NCBI RefSeq assembly: GCF_009914755.1
Contig: NC_060939.1
DNA from: the human T2T-CHM13v2.0 reference genome, Homo sapiens
Direction: 5' to 3' (one strand)
Length of the DNA: 64,000 nt
The notes below the pieces were generated by a model. The model searched no databases, was not told the origin of the DNA, and saw nothing but the letters and a program-made list of their open reading frames with translations. The first letter of the stretch is position 1; each line of letters starts with the position of its first letter. Of the stretch, positions 50,770-63,849 are shown piece by piece. Both the position numbers and the translations under genes were made by a program.

Positions 50770-51155
50770 GTCTGCAGTAAGTTCACTGGGGAGTAGTGAA
50801 GATGGGGTCTGGGTATGGAGTGAAGGATCTGGGATTGGGCAGAGGGAGGAGAGGAACTACAGGCACAACAAAAGACTCAGACAATCCCATGGGGATTTCT
50901 AGAGCTGGAAAAGTCCTGCAGAATTTCCTTGCCCTATGGCAAGAAGGCTGGGCCTTTACGTATCCTCAGTGATCAGTCACTTGAAGTGGGCTCCCTCCAG
51001 AGAAAGGAGTGACTTTGGCAAGAGGATTCCCTTTAGCTAAGAGCAATTCCTGGAGAGAGACTTGAGCTGAGAGCCACCAACACTCCCAACAAGTTGGAAA
51101 AATGAGTGCCTCGATCCTGAAGGGACAATGTGGGCAACACACCGCAGCAACCACC
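50770..51155 (-). mobile_element. ERVL 3' LTR (LTR16A-like)
   Basis: ggattgggcagaggga...atcccatggggatttctagagctgg...gggcctttac...gatcagtcac...gcaattcctggagag...caacactcccaac...gagtgcctcgatcctgaaggg. Confidence 0.75.
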
Positions 51156-52533
51156 CAGGGCTCCCTAGCACTACTCCAGTAACCCTTCCTTCACATAACC
51201 TTTTATGATTCCGGTTGGCCTCTTAGCTGGGGAAACACACTGGAGGAAAGTTAATGTGAAGAATAGTCCCTCATTCCTGCCTCCAGCACTGAAGCTGGTC
51301 TCAATGCTGTAATGATACCCCTCATTTTTTTTTCTATTCTCTATTCTAGATGAGCATTGATGTTGGACCAGGTAAGTAACTTAGTGAAGTAATCTAGACC
51401 CTATTTCCTGAGGGACCTGAACCCATGTCTCATGCCCTTCTCAAATTGTGGATGCTGCATGTGTCCATTATCAGTCAAAGTGGGCAACAGAGTACCAAGA
51501 GACTACCCAGTATATCACTTGAGTGACAACTGTATCCTTCCCTGCCTCAATTTTAGAAGAGTAGCCCTACCCTCTCCTGAGTCAGCCACTCCTGCCAGGA
51601 TGGTGACTCCTTTTTTTGCCTACTAGTGCCATAGCACAAAGAGCTCAAAGTGACTAGGCAGTAGTCATAGATTAAAGTTTGATGGAATACTTGCTGGAAA
51701 CAAGGACCTGAGACCCACTGGCCTTAAGTCATAGGGAAACCTTCCATATGGATCACTAGGAGAGATGATAGACAGGTCCTCTGCTATGACAACTTGTTGG
51801 TTCTCAAAATCATCAATTCCACCTACTGGGGATACAGTCACTACTCAGAAAGAGACCATATATGTCTTTTGCCTTGGGTCACTTCTCTGTCCAAAGTAAA
51901 TGGCCAAATGCATAACCTAAAGTTCTGCCCGCTAGGAGGATTTGCCCTCACAGCTAAATTTGAATTAAGCTATAGTGCAACAGGTGTTGTGCTTCTTTCT
52001 TAGTGATGAGAGATGCCAGATGCACTATCTAGTCCTTTACTTTGAAGGAAATGCCCCAGATCACTGAAGCCCTAAAATCTGCTGTGGCAATACTCTGAAT
52101 CTTGGTAAGCGTTATCCCCCAAGCTCTGGAGTACATGCATTACCAAGGTCTCCAAAATTCTTGCTTACCCAGTCTGATTAACATCATGTCATCAAGAAGG
52201 TGGCCCAAGGTAAAGTTCTGTGGACTCTCCAGAGGTCTGGGTCCCTTTAGATTCAATTGTGACAGAGGGTGGGCTGCTTTGGGGAAAAAATCATAAATGT
52301 GTACTGTTATCCATCCAAAATGAATGTAAAATATTTCCAATTCTCCTTTATAGGACTAGAAAAAGAATTCACCAAATCAATGGCCATATATTAGTGCCTG
52401 AAGCAATATTAATCTGCTCTAACTAAAATTGCATTTGGCACAGTAGCTTCAATTGGAGTTATTACCTGTTTGAGTTTAAATATAGTCCACCAAGAACTGT
52501 CTGGTTTATGTAGGGGATTAAGTCATTGAATTA
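51156..52533 (-). mobile_element. ERVL internal region (ERV3-16A3-like) with decayed pol
   Basis: minus-strand frames give KQVITPIEATVPN, LEQINIASG, AIDLVNSF and PQNFTLGHLLDDMMLI (ORF 52140-52340), remnants of the ERVL RT ...HYIDDIML motif. Confidence 0.8.
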
Positions 52534-52539
52534 AAATGA

Positions 52540-55500
52540 GATATGTTGGAGCAAGACGGTGGAATAGGAGGTTCTATTCCTCAAATCCCCACAAAAGCAC
52601 CAATTTTAACAACCACCCATGGGCCAGAATACCTTTATGGGAACCCAGGAGTTCAGCTGAGAGGTTCCAGCACCTTAGTGGAGCAAAATATCCAAGAATA
52701 GATTCACTGAAGAAGGTAAGAACAGTTTCACTTAATGAAACTGTTCACTTCTCCCCAAAGTGGTACAGCTCTGTGCCTAGAGAAACTCCCTCAGCCCATG
52801 ATTTCTCCTATGGGGGAAAGTGAGAGCAAAGTGAGCACCCAGCTTCTTCAGCATTACGAAATCCTCAACAGTAGACCCACTTCTGTCTTGCCTCACCCAG
52901 AACACAGAGGAGACTGGCACAGCTGAAGCATCTAGGGGCAACTAGGAGCAGGGTAAAAATGAGGGAGCTTATGACCGTTGGTGCACAAATCTCAACAACC
53001 GGCCTCAGATCCTACTGGCTGGTTTGTGAAGTCTATCAGGAGCATTGTCCATGAACTCCAAGTGGCACCTCACCTGCAGACACTCTGACTAGCTCATGTA
53101 TGCTCCCAGCACTCCACGTCCCACATCCCTCATGGTAGGCATCCTGCACTACCATACAAATGCCACAAACAAGGTTCTCCAGGTGGTACATGCCTCCATA
53201 GAAACCATACAGATATCAGCAGCCAGATTGACTCTGCTGGATTGGGAGAAGGTGCACAACCTTAAACACTTCAGGACACTGCCCTAGGGAAAATAAACAG
53301 GAGGCTCTCACCACCTAGCCTGGCTTTGTGGAATCAAGAGAAGGCACACAATCCTAATACTTCTCCCAAAGGAGGGAACAAGAAGAGTGAAGTAGGCACT
53401 TCCACAGAGAAGGTTTAAAGGGTCCCCAGAACCTCTAGTCAGGCTGACTAGTGAAGGTTTTTCTCTCCCACAGCCAGTCAGTAAAGAATGGAGGAGATGA
53501 CCATTTTCTCAAATGCAAAGACAGAAACACAAGACTTCAAGAAACATTAAAACTCAAGAGAAAAGGACACCACTAAAAGAACAAAATAAAGCACCAGTGG
53601 CTGACACCAAAGAAATGGAAATCTGTGCATTTTCTGACAAAAAGTTCAAAATAGTTGTCTTAAAGAAGCTCAGTGATCTACAACAGAACACAGATATACA
53701 ACTAAATGAAATCAGGAAAATAATACATGAAGAAAATGGGAAGTTCAACAAAGAGATAGAAAGATTAAAAAAAAGAACCAAACCCTGGAGCTGAAGACTA
53801 TGACTCAACTGAAAATTCAATAAAGAGCTTCAACAGCAGATTTAATCAAACAGAAAAAAGAACCAGTGACCTTGAAGACGGAATATTTGAAATTATCCAG
53901 TCAGTGAAACAAACAAACAAATAAAAAGAATGAAAAAGAGTGAAGAAAGCATATAAGACCTATGGGATACCATCAAGCCAACCAATTGTGGGACTTCCAG
54001 AAGGAGCAGAGAAAGAGAAAAAGTCAGAAAGCTTATTTAAAGAAATAATGACAGAAAATCTCAAATCCGGACAGGAAAGGAAACATCCAGATCCATAAAG
54101 CCCAAAGAACTTCAAGTACATTAAATATGAAGAATTCTTCACCAAAAGACATTATAATCATGTTGTCAAAAGTCAATGACAGAGAGAAATTTGAAAGCAG
54201 CAACAGAAAAGCACTTCATCACATACCAGGGAATCTTTATAACACTATCAGTGGATTTCTCAGCAGAAACCTCACAGGCCAGGAAAGAATGGGATGACAT
54301 ATTCAAGATGCTGAGAGGAAAAAAAAACTGCCAACAAAGAACACTATACCTGGCAAATATGTCCTTCACAAATAAAGGCGAGGTAAAGACTTTCCCATAA
54401 AACAAAAGCCGAAGGAGTTCACCACTACTTCCTTACAAGAAATGCTAAAGAGAGTTCTCCCAATTGAGACAAGTGTATGTTAATAAGCAACATAAAAACA
54501 TATGAAAGTTTAAAACTTCCTTATAAAGGTAAGGATATGTGTAACCCAGAATACTCTAATACTATAATGGTGATACATAAATCACTTTTAACTCTAGTCC
54601 AAAAGTTAAAAGACAAAGATACCAATAACTGTAGCTATAATTATTTGTTAATGAATAAACAATATAAAAAAATGTAAATTGTGACATCAATAACATAAAA
54701 TGTGTGTGTGAAGGGTAAAAGGTTAGAGTTTTTATGTAATCAAAGTTAAGTTGCTATCAACTTAAAATACACTGTTGTAAATATGTAAATATGTTTTATG
54801 TAAGCCTCATGGTAAGATAAATTTGTAGTAGATATACAAAATATTAAAAAAAGAATATCACTACAAAAAATCATCAAATCACAAAGGAAGATGGAAGAAG
54901 TAGGAAAAAAACAACTACAAAACAGAAACATTTAACAAAATGGCAACAGTAAATCTTTACCTAGCAATAATTACTAGGCAAATTATAATGGATTAATTTC
55001 TCCAATCCAATGACATGTAATGGCTGAATGGTTTTTTATTAAAAAAAAGCTCCAACTAGATGCTGCCTACAAGAGACTCACTTTAGCTTTAAGGACACAC
55101 ATAAGCTGAAAGTGAAGGGAAGGGAAAAAATATTCCATGCAGATGGTAACCAAAAGAGAGCAGGGTGGCTATATTTAGAAACAATGGACTTTAACGCAAA
55201 AACTGTCATGCGATACAAAGAATATCATTATATAATGATAACATAGTCAATTCATCAAGAGTGTAAAACAATTATAATATATGTGCATCCAATGTTGGAG
55301 CACCTAACTATACCAAGCAATTATTAACAGAACTGAAGGGAAATGTAAGTAGCAATACAATAATAGCAGGAGACTTCAAACCCCACTTTCGACAATGATA
55401 GATTATCCAGACAGAAAATCAAGGACACAATGGACTTGAACAACAGTATACACCAAAGGAACCTAACAGACACATATAGACCATTTCATCTAACAGCAAC

Positions 55501-56709
55501 AGAATACACATTCTTCTGAAGTGCACATGGAACATTCTCCAGGATGGATCATATCTTAGGGCACAAAATAAGTTTTAACAGAGTTAAGAAGATTAAAAAT
55601 CTATCACATATCTTTCCTAACCACGAAGCTATGAAACTAGAAATCAATAACAGGAAGAAAATTGAGAAACTCACAAATGTGTGGAAATTAGGCAACACCC
55701 CTTTGAACAACCAATGGGTCAAAGAAAAAAAATCAAAAGAAAAATAAAAAATGATCTTGAGATAAATGAAAATTGAAACTCAACATACCAAAACTTATAG
55801 AATGCAGGAATTCTAAGAGAGAAGTTTATAAACTCTTACATTAAGAAAAAAAGAAAGAGCTCAAATAAATAACCTAAGTTTATACTTCAAGGAACTAGAA
55901 AAAAAGAGAACAAACTAATCCTACCATTAGGAGAAAGAAAATAATAAAGGTTAGAGCAGAAATGAAATAGAGATTAGCAAAACAATAGAAAAGATCAACA
56001 AAATTAAGAGTTTGTTTTTTGAAAAGATAAACAAAAATCAATAAACTAGGCTAAGAAAAAAAGGAAAAAATTCAAATAAATAAAATTATAAATGAAAGAG
56101 AAAATATTACAACTGATACCACAGAAATACAAAAGACCATTAAGAGATTACTATTAACAATTATGCACCAACAAATTGGTTATCCTAGAAGTAATGGATG
56201 CATTCCTAGAAACACACAACCTGCCAAGACTGAACCATGAAGAAACAGAAGATCTGAACAAAACAGTAATGATTAGGGGATTTAAATCAGTAATCAAAAA
56301 TCTCCCAACAAAGAACAGCCCAGGACCAGGTGGCGTCACTGGTGAATTCTATTGAACATGTAAAAAAGAATTACCACCAATTTTTCTCAAACTCTTCCAA
56401 AAAAATTGAAGGGGAGAAAGCACTTCTAAACTCATCTCATAAAGCCAGCATTACCCTGATGCCAAAGCCAGGCAAAAATACTACAAGAAATGAAAATTAT
56501 AGGCCAATATTTCTGATGAACATGTATGCAAAAATCCTCAACAAAATACTAGCAAACTGAATTCAACAGCATATTAAAAGGATCATACACCATGATCAAA
56601 CAGGATTCATCTCTGGGATGCGAGAATGTTTCAACATATGCAAATCAACAAATGTGATACATCATATTAACAGAGTTAAGGATAAAAACCATATGATCAT
56701 CTCAACAGA
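52540..56709 (+). mobile_element. L1MA-type LINE-1: 5' UTR, ORF1, spacer, ORF2 EN to start of RT; 3' half absent
   Basis: ORF1 remnants 53513-53794 and 54176-54400 (DFSAETSQARKEWDDIFK); ORF2 ATG ~54940; EN end MDHILGHK; [18 protein letters not shown]; [15 protein letters not shown] then abrupt end; many stops and frameshifts. Confidence 0.95.
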
Positions 56710-57003
56710 ATCTCATAGGCTGTCCTCCCTGAAAAGTTCTCCCTTTTCTCTATTGTCTCTAGCCTTGGGCACGTTACCAAAGTTTCTACCTTCCAGCCCT
56801 ACCATGATCCAGCCTAGTCAGCCCCAAAATAATTGTTTCTCAAAGAGAAGTACAGTATATCCTGGGGTGTGTGCCATTGTTTCAGGGGGAAACAAAACCA
56901 CAGGATACATATGGGGCATTATCTTGGGTGTCAAGGCCCGCCCCATTGGAATAAATAGAATTTTGTATATATTTTCCACCCAACAAATATATATTGCATC
57001 CTA

Positions 57004-57352
<349 letters not shown>

Positions 57353-58949
57353 CAGAGATGGAACTTTGAATACCTTTTCCCATGGCGAAGCAATTACACA
57401 TGGTAGGCAGGATCTAATCATTCATTGATTCAACAAGGATTCATTGCATGCCCTGTGTATGCCAAGCACTATGATAGACTAGAGCTAAATAGGAAACAAA
57501 ACTGTTGGGGCCCCTGCCCTCATGGCACTTCCATTCTAGTGGATATAAGTAGTGACTACTTTAGAAAGAGAATTACCCACTTGGCTGCATAAATGCTCCT
57601 TTGAATGAGTAAAATAAAATAAAAACTAATTTTACAAAAAAGAGTCTCATTAGTAGTCACATCATCTCTTGTAAAAGAAAAGAAAAGCTGAGAAATTCTA
57701 AAAGGCCATTAAGAGGCCAAAACCAAGAAACATAACCCTGTAGACTAGAGATTCCTAATGAGTTTAAAAAACATAACATTGGAACTCTTCAGGGAAATGG
57801 TTAAGTCAGAGCCAAAGGCATTGACACTGAATGAAGAGGAGCCTTAGCTAATGAAAAGGGAGCAGAGAGTGGAAGAAGCCAGGGAAGGAAGGTGACTAGA
57901 AATCCAGTGCTGGACTCAGAGAAGGGAGGCGGAGGCGAGAGCTCACCGACAGCATTGTTGGTATGCAAAGCACGGCAGCCTCCTCCCAGGAGTTGGGGCA
58001 GCAGCAGCAGAGAGGGAGCCAGGAATTCAGAGGGAAAGCAGGACCTGCAGGATGGCCCCTGGGATCACATTCGGGACTTCTGACTTCTGGAGAAGACTGC
58101 ACCCCAGGTGGCCAGGGACAAGGCCAGCCTGATATTAGGGTGTCACCAGGTTCTGAGGCAAAGTTGGTAGAGTTTCTTTCACTTTCTCCCTCCGTGCCTT
58201 TGCTCCCTCCTCTCTGTCCACCTGGCTCTCCCTGACACTGCTATCTTGGTCCAGGTGCAAATTGTTGGGTTTCCTCTTTGCGGAGTGAGGGGCAGCTGAA
58301 GCTAATTGCTGAGAGTAGGGAGCAAGGATTTGTTTTTAATGCCAGGTAGAGAGAAGCAGAGAAGACACTGGGCCATGGGACAGGAACAAGACTGGGTGTA
58401 CATCTTGCAGCATCTCCAGACTCACTCAGAACAAACAGCTGCTGCTCATAGTAAGACAGGCCCAAGACTTTGCCTCTTTGGGGTTCAGAAGTAGTTATTA
58501 ATAGTTCTAGGCTGGGCCACAGGATGGCTCAGCAAGACCCAGGACAACTTCCAATGATTCCAGCCATTGCCTAGTGCATGCCTGCTCTGTGCCCAGCCCA
58601 GTCCAGGCATGGAGGAATACCAAGTGCTCACAAACTAGCCAGGGCCACAGCCAGACAATCGCCCTCCTGGGTGACAGTGGACCCCCTCTCCCGGCTGCTT
58701 TCGATGCACCACAGATGAAGCCCCTCTGGGGGCCCCTTGGAGCCCCTCCAACCACCTCACACACAGAGGGCCTCAGGGCTCTGAGCCAGGACCCCAAAAC
58801 CCTCATGCCCCCACCACCACAGCCCTCCCCCAAAGCAGGTGCTCCCCGTGGCGACAAGGACGGCGATGATTCGGGTGGGAACACATGAGTTATGGTGTGC
58901 CAGTGCCTCACAAACAAGTTTGGTGCCCGCCTGTCTTCATGAATCACGG

Positions 58950-59500
58950 AGGAGCCTAATCCTTCATTAGAACATTCAGCAGTAATTGCTGGCGAAATGC
59001 CACTTGCCTTTTTCTCATTTTAACAAAACATTTATGCATGAAAGATTTAATGCCAGGTATCAAGCATATCATTGTAAATTTACCACTAATTAAGCCTAAT
59101 TAAAATAATTAAATGGCTGTGGAGTCACCATGTGAATTAAAATCACTTCTCCTCTGTACTAAGCTGTTTCTCACTAGCCAGGCCCCGGTTTGGAAGACAA
59201 ATACATATCTCTCTGTCGATTTTTCCCGTCGCCCTGCTCAGCTTCATGCGGGGTATTTGCATGGCCAAGGATATTTGATAATTAAGATAATGCTGTGATT
59301 TGACGGTGCGGTTTTTCAATTTCAGGACCCCAGGAGATTTTCCTTTATCTCGGTGAAGTATAGACAATTTGACAAATCTGTTGCTTGGAGCAGTCGCTAG
59401 CGTTTGCATATTCATTACTCATTGGATTTTTAATCAAAGTAGCTGATGGACCCCTTGCACCACAAATAACTTGGTCATGAATAATTTATCCGTGCTTACT
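58950..59500. promoter_or_regulatory. candidate conserved developmental enhancer (homeodomain/POU site cluster)
   Basis: TAATTA at 59087, 59097, 59106, 59279; octamer ATTTGCAT 59255; TTTGCATATTCATTA 59403; ATGAATAATTTA 59477; repeat-free with retained CpGs. Confidence 0.6.
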
Positions 59501-59860
59501 GGCTGGGCCATGCAGCCTCCCGGCGCCCCGGGGCCCCTGATTGGCTCGCCAGGGCTGGCCTGCCCTGCGCAGCACATGGCCACTCCAGATGTTTGGGTAT
59601 CCATATGTGCACAGCTCATCAAAAACGGCAACGGCCCGCACCCGAGGGCCTCGGCGGTCCCCAGATAGGCCATCTGGAGTTGGAGGGAAAACAAACCTCG
59701 GCGAATTGTGGGATGCGTAGTTATCTTCAGTGGCGCCCGGAGGTGGCCACGGAGGGGTGCGCAGGGGGCGCGGGAATGCGACGGAAACCCAGAGTCAAGG
59801 CCCGCATCTGGGGCTTCAGGAAAGCTTGCTGTGTCCAAAGCTACAGGCAGGGCCGTCATG
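59500..59860. promoter_or_regulatory. small CpG-rich island
   Basis: about 24 CpG in about 340 bp of GC-rich sequence; CTGATTGGCT CCAAT box ~59537; CAGATG/CATCTG E-boxes at 59586, 59671, 59805. Confidence 0.6.
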
Positions 59861-60584
59861 GGGACATTGTCTGGCCCTTTTCAGATCATGTGGGTGGTCA
59901 GCAGCTGCCTCTCCTGCTTCTACGGCCCCTGTGGGTACAACCCCCGACTCCCAGCCCCCACCCACCATATACACACATCTTCCCGCTGGGCCCTCTCCTG
60001 CCTAGGAACCCAGCCTGATGTGCTGCTCCCCAGCTCTCTGACTTTGCACATGCTGCCCCTTTACGTGCCATGTCCCTCCTCCTCTGTGCTACCCCAGCAG
60101 GGCTGGTTTAGAATTTTCCTGGGGAGGCCTGGCCCCTAATCATGTCAAACCCATTCAATTTACCCACATGCCACATTAAATATATTTTATATATAAGTGT
60201 GGAGGAGTTGAGTGGAGATGCAGTTGACTAGTTGACATAATAGCACGTTTTGTAGGCATTTAATGGACCATTTACTCATTTTGATTTTGCAGTTGTCTTT
60301 TCCTATGGAGCCCGTGGCGCTGGGCTCCCCAGGCCTCAGGCGTTTCTGCAGTCTCCTGACAAGGCTGTCTGCCTGGCATTGGCCTCCATGCCATGTGGTC
60401 TCAAGGCCGTGGTCTGCACGTTAGCCTTTGCCGGTTCTGTAAGGCCCAGCCTGTAGTACCTCAGCCAGCGAGCCTTCCTCTGTGACCCCCATGGCTTAAA
60501 GCTGAGGGTTGCCCCTCCCTGGTGCTTCTGGAACACCCCTATCTCCATTCCAGCCCATCATCCATATGGTGGTTGCTAGTTGGC

Positions 60585-60713
60585 ATGATTTCCTCTCCAC
60601 TAGACAGTGAGCTTGGGAAGGCAGGACGGTGATGTGCTCATCTCTGTCCCTCCCACCTCTCTCAGTGCCTGGCCCATACCATGTGCACAATAAATGTTTG
60701 ATGAATAAATGAA
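60585..60713 (+). mobile_element. L2 3' end
   Basis: ccactagacagtgagcttgggaaggcaggac...cagtgcctggc...caataaatgtttgatgaataaatgaa. Confidence 0.8.
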
Positions 60714-61317
60714 CTTTGGGCTTCATGTTTCAAAGAACAGGAACAATGACCCTGAAAAGAAAATTAAGGCAGAGCAGCAATCTGAAGGGGTGTGCGGGAG
60801 GCAGCTGGGGACAATCCTTCTGGCCTGGCACCAGAGCTTTTGTGCAAGGTGAGGAGGAGAGCACTTCTTCTGCCCCTCCTGCTGTTCCCCTCGCTCACTT
60901 CTCAGCTGACAGCCTCTTGGGTGTTGATGCAGGGAGGGTCCCGTGGACCCCAGATCTGCTGCATCACACAGGGTGTTCTCCCCCACCATGAGGACTCTGA
61001 GATCAAAGGAACAGACCCTCTGCAGGAGACTGATCTGACAAAGGTGGACCTCAGTCACACACACCCCTCTTTAAGTCTGGGTGTTGGTAATCACACACCT
61101 CTTGTATTGCAGTAGGTGAGATGTCCTCGCTGTAATTACTTCCCCCACAATCTAGCTCCGCACCCTCCAGCGTGCTGGTGAGGAGCTGGGAGAAGACTGC
61201 AGACTAATTATCAGGCAGGCAGGAAAACCAGCAGGCTGTGCTCTCCCTGTGACAATTAAAGTGAAAATATTTCATGATATTTTTAATATTTTTTTAAGGT
61301 TGGAGGAAAGGTGTGAT

Positions 61318-61324
<7 letters not shown>

Positions 61325-61360
<36 letters not shown>
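61325..61360 (+). repeat. (TG)18 microsatellite
   Basis: direct observation. Confidence 0.95.
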
Positions 61361-61362
<2 letters not shown>

Positions 61363-61627
61363 GTGAGAAAGAAGGGAGGGAAGAAACAGAAACAGCCTGA
61401 GTCATAAGCAGATGCTTCCTGGAGCCTGTCAAGGATGGTAATGACCCCCTCCCGCCCCGACTGGCTGCTGTCTGGGCCCACCTGAGAGGAGGCTGCTGAC
61501 AGCACACACATGCCCGCCTCATTTGCAGGCTGGAATTCCGCACTGAAGCCCACTCAAGTTTCATGTCATTGGAGAGACCTAAGGTGGTACAAGTCCTGGG
61601 GTGGGTGGGCCCACTGCAGACAGGGCG

Positions 61628-61661
61628 GGCCACCCTTGGGCAGGCCACCCTTGGGCAGGCC
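61628..61661 (+). repeat. 15-bp perfect tandem duplication
   Basis: ggccacccttgggca x2 plus ggcc. Confidence 0.9.
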
Positions 61662-62814
61662 TGGGATACTGGAGACCTCAAAGCCCCTCAGCTAGAGACT
61701 CTAGCCAGAGTTTCGGAGGGACACAGACAGGAGCAGCCAGAAACAGAGGCACAGCAGAGGCGGGGGGGCAAGGGAAGAGAATGACATTTAGAACAGCAAA
61801 GTGTTTTCCCTTGGAGGGCCAGGAGACACCAGGGGGCTTAAAGGGAGCACATGCTCACTCCTGAACCTTTCTCATGCCACCCTTGCCTTCCTCAAGGAGC
61901 CCACACACCAAACAATGCATATTAGACCAGACATGTCAATCCCCTTCAGGGACTGTGGCTTGACCAAGGGCCTTTCCTGATCAAATGCTAAGAGGGCCAG
62001 GGGAAGGAGGCTGGAGAACTCCTGCCCCAGATGCCACTAGTGTCCAGACTGGGGTGAAATCAGGATGTTTGGGGCCGGCAGTCAGATACCCTCTCTGGAA
62101 TTTGCATGAAGGCACATTGGAGACTCTGCCAGGTGAGGCCAAAAGAAAGACATGAAGACCCAGAGAAAGGAGCAGTCACATTATTGGTGGAGCTTGGAGC
62201 AAAAATGTGCCAATTCTGTGAGCACAGAGACAAAATTAGCTAGTCCCTGGAGACAGCTGGGCTGCAGGAGATGGTTATTCCTGGGAGCTATAAGATCGCC
62301 ATTTCTCTCACCACTGTGGTACACACGGGCATCCTTAATGGCAACTCTGTTCCTCGCCCTCTAAAGCGTGAAGCCCTCACTGCTTAATGCCACCTCTCTA
62401 GGGGTCCTCCCACACCACGGGCTCTAGTCCTAGAAGATCTCCTTCCCCACGGACTGCCAGGATCACACACTGGTGCACCAGGGCACAACAGCAGTCCAAG
62501 TGCACACAACCACAGTGCAATTACGCACCTTGCTCAGAATTCCCCAGCCAGCCATCTGCAGCCATAACCATTCTTGGGATACATTTCAGATCCTGGAATT
62601 ACTAGTCTTATTTGTTTATGTTGTAGTCAGAGCAGTAACTTGTACTCCCAATTCCTTGAAAACTAACTTTATTTTCCTTGTCTTTGTGTTCTGTTGTTAC
62701 ATGTGCAAAGTCTATGTTTAATCATTATAATTTTCAACTACAAATACAAGTAATATTTTTATGTACTCTTCCAATTCAACAAACGTGTATTGAAGACCTG
62801 TAGGATGAAAGATG

Positions 62815-63010
62815 ATGATGATGATAAGAATACTGACCTTTATTGAGCATTACTCATTTAATTCTCCTAAAGACCATGTAGATTGTACCATTATAATGCC
62901 AATTTTGACCAGTTTACAAATGAGGAAACTGAGGTCACACTGCGAGTAAGTAGAAAAGCCAGGATTTGAACCTTGAAAGACTGACTGCAGAATGCATATA
63001 CTTAATCACA
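62815..63010 (-). mobile_element. MIR SINE
   Basis: tttattgagcatt...tttacaaatgaggaaactgagg...gccaggatttgaacc...gactgactgcagaa...cttaatcac. Confidence 0.8.
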
Positions 63011-63576
63011 ATTAGAAATAGAAAATAAAAAGCGTATAAAGAGCTTGCCATCCAATAGCAGAAACAGACTCATAAACAAATCATTTAAGTTCTTCTGTTG
63101 ATAGGAAAATCATATGCACCCTAGACTTAAAAGCTGGAGCTTTCTGTAATGTTTACTTCCACTAATACAATGTTCATTTTTCCTGACAAACTTATCATAG
63201 ATGACAAATGTAATAACCAAGACTACTGAGTGTAAAAGTGCCTCTATTGTGAGCTCTTCGTTTCTCTTGTGATGAGACCCAACTTCTGTGATAGGAGTGG
63301 TAGGAAGTAAAACACGAAAGCTCCGCGTTGCTGGTGTCTGTTGTACATACACAAGTCGGAAATTGATTCTCAGCTATCTCATATTGTTTTGTCTCATATC
63401 CCCAGGGAAACCGTAAGCTCCTTGAAGGCAGAGTCTGTGACTTTTCATTCGTTAATTCTTTTGTCCACAAAAGAAGAAAAAAACATTACATTGAACCCCT
63501 ATTAGGTGCCAGGCATCAGCTAGCGGTCAGAGGGTGAAGTATAGACAATTTGGCAAGGCTTAAAACTTTACCTTGT

Positions 63577-63849
63577 GACAGAAAACCAAACACTGCATGT
63601 TCTAACTCATAGGTGGGAATTGAACAATGTGAACACTTGGACATAGGGTGGGGAACATCACACACTGGGGCCTGTCATGGGGTGGGGGGAGGGGGGAAGG
63701 ATAGCATTAGGAGATATACCTAATGTAAATGACGAGTTAACAGGTGCAGCACACCAACGTGGCACATGTATACTTATGTAAAAAACCTGCACGTTGTGCC
63801 CATGTACCCTAGAACTTAAAGTATAATAATAATAATAATAATAAATAAA
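63577..63849 (+). mobile_element. 5'-truncated L1PA (PA4-6-like) 3' UTR with (TAA)n tail
   Basis: cagaaaaccaaacactgcatgttc...ggggtggggggagggggga...gtaccctagaacttaaagtataat; TSD aaaactttaccttgtg 63562-63577 and aaaacttgaccttgtg 63881-63896. Confidence 0.95.

Noticed and set aside
59735-59772. Canonical CTCF site
   Set aside because: Only the 3' part (CAGGGGGCGC) matches and the 5' CC core is missing; mentioned only as partial
61930-62740. Possible old LTR and DNA-transposon fragments
   Set aside because: Similarity too weak to assign a family or boundaries by eye
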